Source: a virus. Taken from it: 64,000 bases of DNA. The position numbers were made by a program, and so were the translations under genes. The stretch lies in IMG/VR virus record IMGVR_UViG_3300020419_000005; one strand, given 5' to 3'. Below the pieces are notes generated by a model that saw only the letters and a list, made by a program, of their open reading frames with translations, searched no databases and was not told where the DNA came from. This document shows positions 62,778-64,000 of the stretch, in pieces. Each line of letters begins with the position of its first letter. Position 1 is the first letter of the stretch.

Positions 62778-62909
62778 TTAAGACTTTTTTTTCTTAGCGT
62801 CTCTAACCATTTTATTAAACTTCTTACTTTGTTTTGGACTCATACCGCAAAAATAGTTTAATAAGTTGCCTTCATATTGATCGGCAAGTGCTATAAGGTC
62901 ATTATTCAT
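62778..62909 (-). CDS. Early small protein (43 aa, not in ORF track)
   Basis: MNNDLIALADQYEGNLLNYFCGMSPKQSKKFNKMVRDAKKKKS; TAATG-coupled. Confidence 0.6.
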   Translation of the reverse strand: MNNDLIALADQYEGNLLNYFCGMSPKQSKKFNKMVRDAKKKKS

Positions 62910-63043
62910 TAGTAAGTACCTCTTAATAAGTTCTTACTGTTGTTAAACTGGTCAATAAGTGCTTCAGTTTTAGCGTTTTGTTTCGCTATTTCCTTATCGG
63001 CAAATTTGATAAGTCTGTGAAGCATTTGTAAATCCTTATCCAT
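62909..63043 (-). CDS. Early small protein (44 aa, not in ORF track)
   Basis: MDKDLQMLHRLIKFADKEIAKQNAKTEALIDQFNNSKNLLRGTY, directly behind a promoter cassette. Confidence 0.65.
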   Translation of the reverse strand: MDKDLQMLHRLIKFADKEIAKQNAKTEALIDQFNNSKNLLRGTY

Positions 63044-63053
63044 AATGTTTAAA

Positions 63054-63104
63054 TTAGTGTTGTTTGGATATATCCAATATAAGGGAAAATTAGGATAAAT
63101 GCAA
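63054..63104 (-). promoter_or_regulatory. Early promoter cassette
   Basis: TTGCAT-17 nt-TATATT; perfect palindrome TTGGATATATCCAA (63064-63077) over the start site; AACAACACTAA leader. Confidence 0.7.
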
Positions 63105-63119
63105 TAGGAAAACAGATTC

Positions 63120-63362
63120 TTAACATTTTTTTAACAATTCATCTTTTCCTCTTTGAATATATCCCTTTTTATATGATTCAACTGAAATTTCGCTTATATT
63201 CTCTATTTCTTCTTCAGTTAAACCTGATTCTTCAAAAATTAGTGCATTATCACTAAATTTTGTTAGAGTTTCAATTACTTCTTCAAAAGAAAAATCTCTA
63301 TTGATAGCATTTTCGCCAAATGCAATTTCAAAAACTTCTTCAATAAATTCATTTTGTGTCAT
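63120..63362 (-). CDS. Early acidic hypothetical protein
   Basis: 80-aa Glu-rich ORF (FIEEVFEIAFG.NAINRDFS.EEVI). Confidence 0.75.
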   Translation of the reverse strand: MTQNEFIEEVFEIAFGENAINRDFSFEEVIETLTKFSDNALIFEESGLTEEEIENISEISVESYKKGYIQRGKDELLKKC

Positions 63363-63496
63363 TTGATTAAATCCTTATGTAATTTGATTAAAATTGATGA
63401 ATTAACATCTATAATTTCAGTTTTCTTATCATCATTTTCAGAATAATGAAAGTTTAAACACTCTATCATATAGAGTAACTCTTTTTGTGTAAACAT
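63359..63496 (-). CDS. Early small protein (45 aa, not in ORF track)
   Basis: MFTQKELLYMIECLNFHYSENDDKKTEIIDVNSSILIKLHKDLIK; coupled on both sides. Confidence 0.6.
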   Translation of the reverse strand: MFTQKELLYMIECLNFHYSENDDKKTEIIDVNSSILIKLHKDLIK

Positions 63497-63696
63497 TATA
63501 CAATTCCCTCTTCAACTAATCCCATTATGTTGCCTGTTTCATCAACTATTTCCCCAGTTTCGTTGTCCCTGACACAACTGTATTCATAATCACAACCAAA
63601 TTCAAAGGATAAATCCATTGCTTTTTGTAAATCGTCAGTAAATACCTCTGAATTGAATAATCTGGGTGTTTCAACTGTGTATTTGAAATTGTCCAT
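63496..63696 (-). CDS. Early acidic hypothetical protein
   Basis: 66 aa with a VRDNETGEIV motif; first gene after a promoter cassette. Confidence 0.75.
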   Translation of the reverse strand: MDNFKYTVETPRLFNSEVFTDDLQKAMDLSFEFGCDYEYSCVRDNETGEIVDETGNIMGLVEEGIV

Positions 63697-63701
63697 TTGT
63701 T

Positions 63702-63755
63702 TTTAGTGTTTGTATGTTATGATTTATTATTGCATATAATTCTGTTATATGTCAA
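63702..63755 (-). promoter_or_regulatory. Early promoter cassette with spacer palindrome
   Basis: TTGACA (63750-63755), 18-nt spacer ending in TGn, AATAAT; CATATAA-n5-TTATATG inverted repeat; AACACTAAA leader. Confidence 0.8.
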
Positions 63756-63776
63756 TAAGGAAATATAAAGAGAATA

Positions 63777-64000
63777 TTAAGATAATATTCCCATTTTTGT
63801 TGCTGTTTGTTTAGTTGCTCTACGCTCTATAACAAAATCCCTTACTCTCTCTCTATCAAGAGAATCCCCACCGCCCCAAGTAACGTGAGTTCCAACTTCG
63901 CATAAATCAAGATAGTTTAAAGTTGCAAGTGCTAACTCTTCCCTAGTTAAACCGTCTATAGGGTAAAGTACATCAGGGTGACTAGGTGAATAGAATGATT
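63777..64000 (-). CDS. Early hypothetical protein, C-terminal part
   Basis: Open frame ...SFYSPSHPDVLYPIDGLTREEL...WGGGDSLDRERVRDFVIE...; the start lies beyond the window. Confidence 0.7.
   Translation of the reverse strand, partial: SFYSPSHPDVLYPIDGLTREELALATLNYLDLCEVGTHVTWGGGDSLDRERVRDFVIERRATKQTATKMGILS

Overview
This window is about 64 kb of a low-GC T4-like cyanomyophage (Kyanoviridae-type; pcyA and the base composition suggest a marine picocyanobacterial host). Essentially everything is encoded on the minus strand. In transcription order (right to left) it holds: (1) a short-ORF early region (64.0-59.9 kb) built from repeated sigma70-like promoter cassettes, with an ArdA-like antirestriction protein, a degenerate NUMOD4-HNH gene and a structured non-coding RNA candidate; (2) a junction cluster of NlpC/P60, AbrB-like, 2OG-Fe(II) oxygenase, a 1102-aa structural protein and a PAAR gene; (3) the baseplate/tail module of gp25, gp6, a 7019-aa gp7-like protein, a YHYH-like protein, gp9/10-like, gp8, VrlC-like and a 2050-aa fibre; (4) neck and packaging genes gp13-gp17 and the start of gp18, with pcyA translationally coupled to gp17. 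The most notable observation is that the giant baseplate protein carries six (plus one degenerate) nested repeats that resemble phycobiliprotein globin domains. All six keep the bilin-attachment C-x-x-D motif, and the same late region encodes phycocyanobilin synthase PcyA. This suggests, as a hypothesis, a bilin-chromophorylated and possibly light-sensing virion. A second candidate system is a hairpin RNA whose loop is antisense to the leader motif shared by the early genes. All family assignments come from motif recognition by eye; no searches were run.
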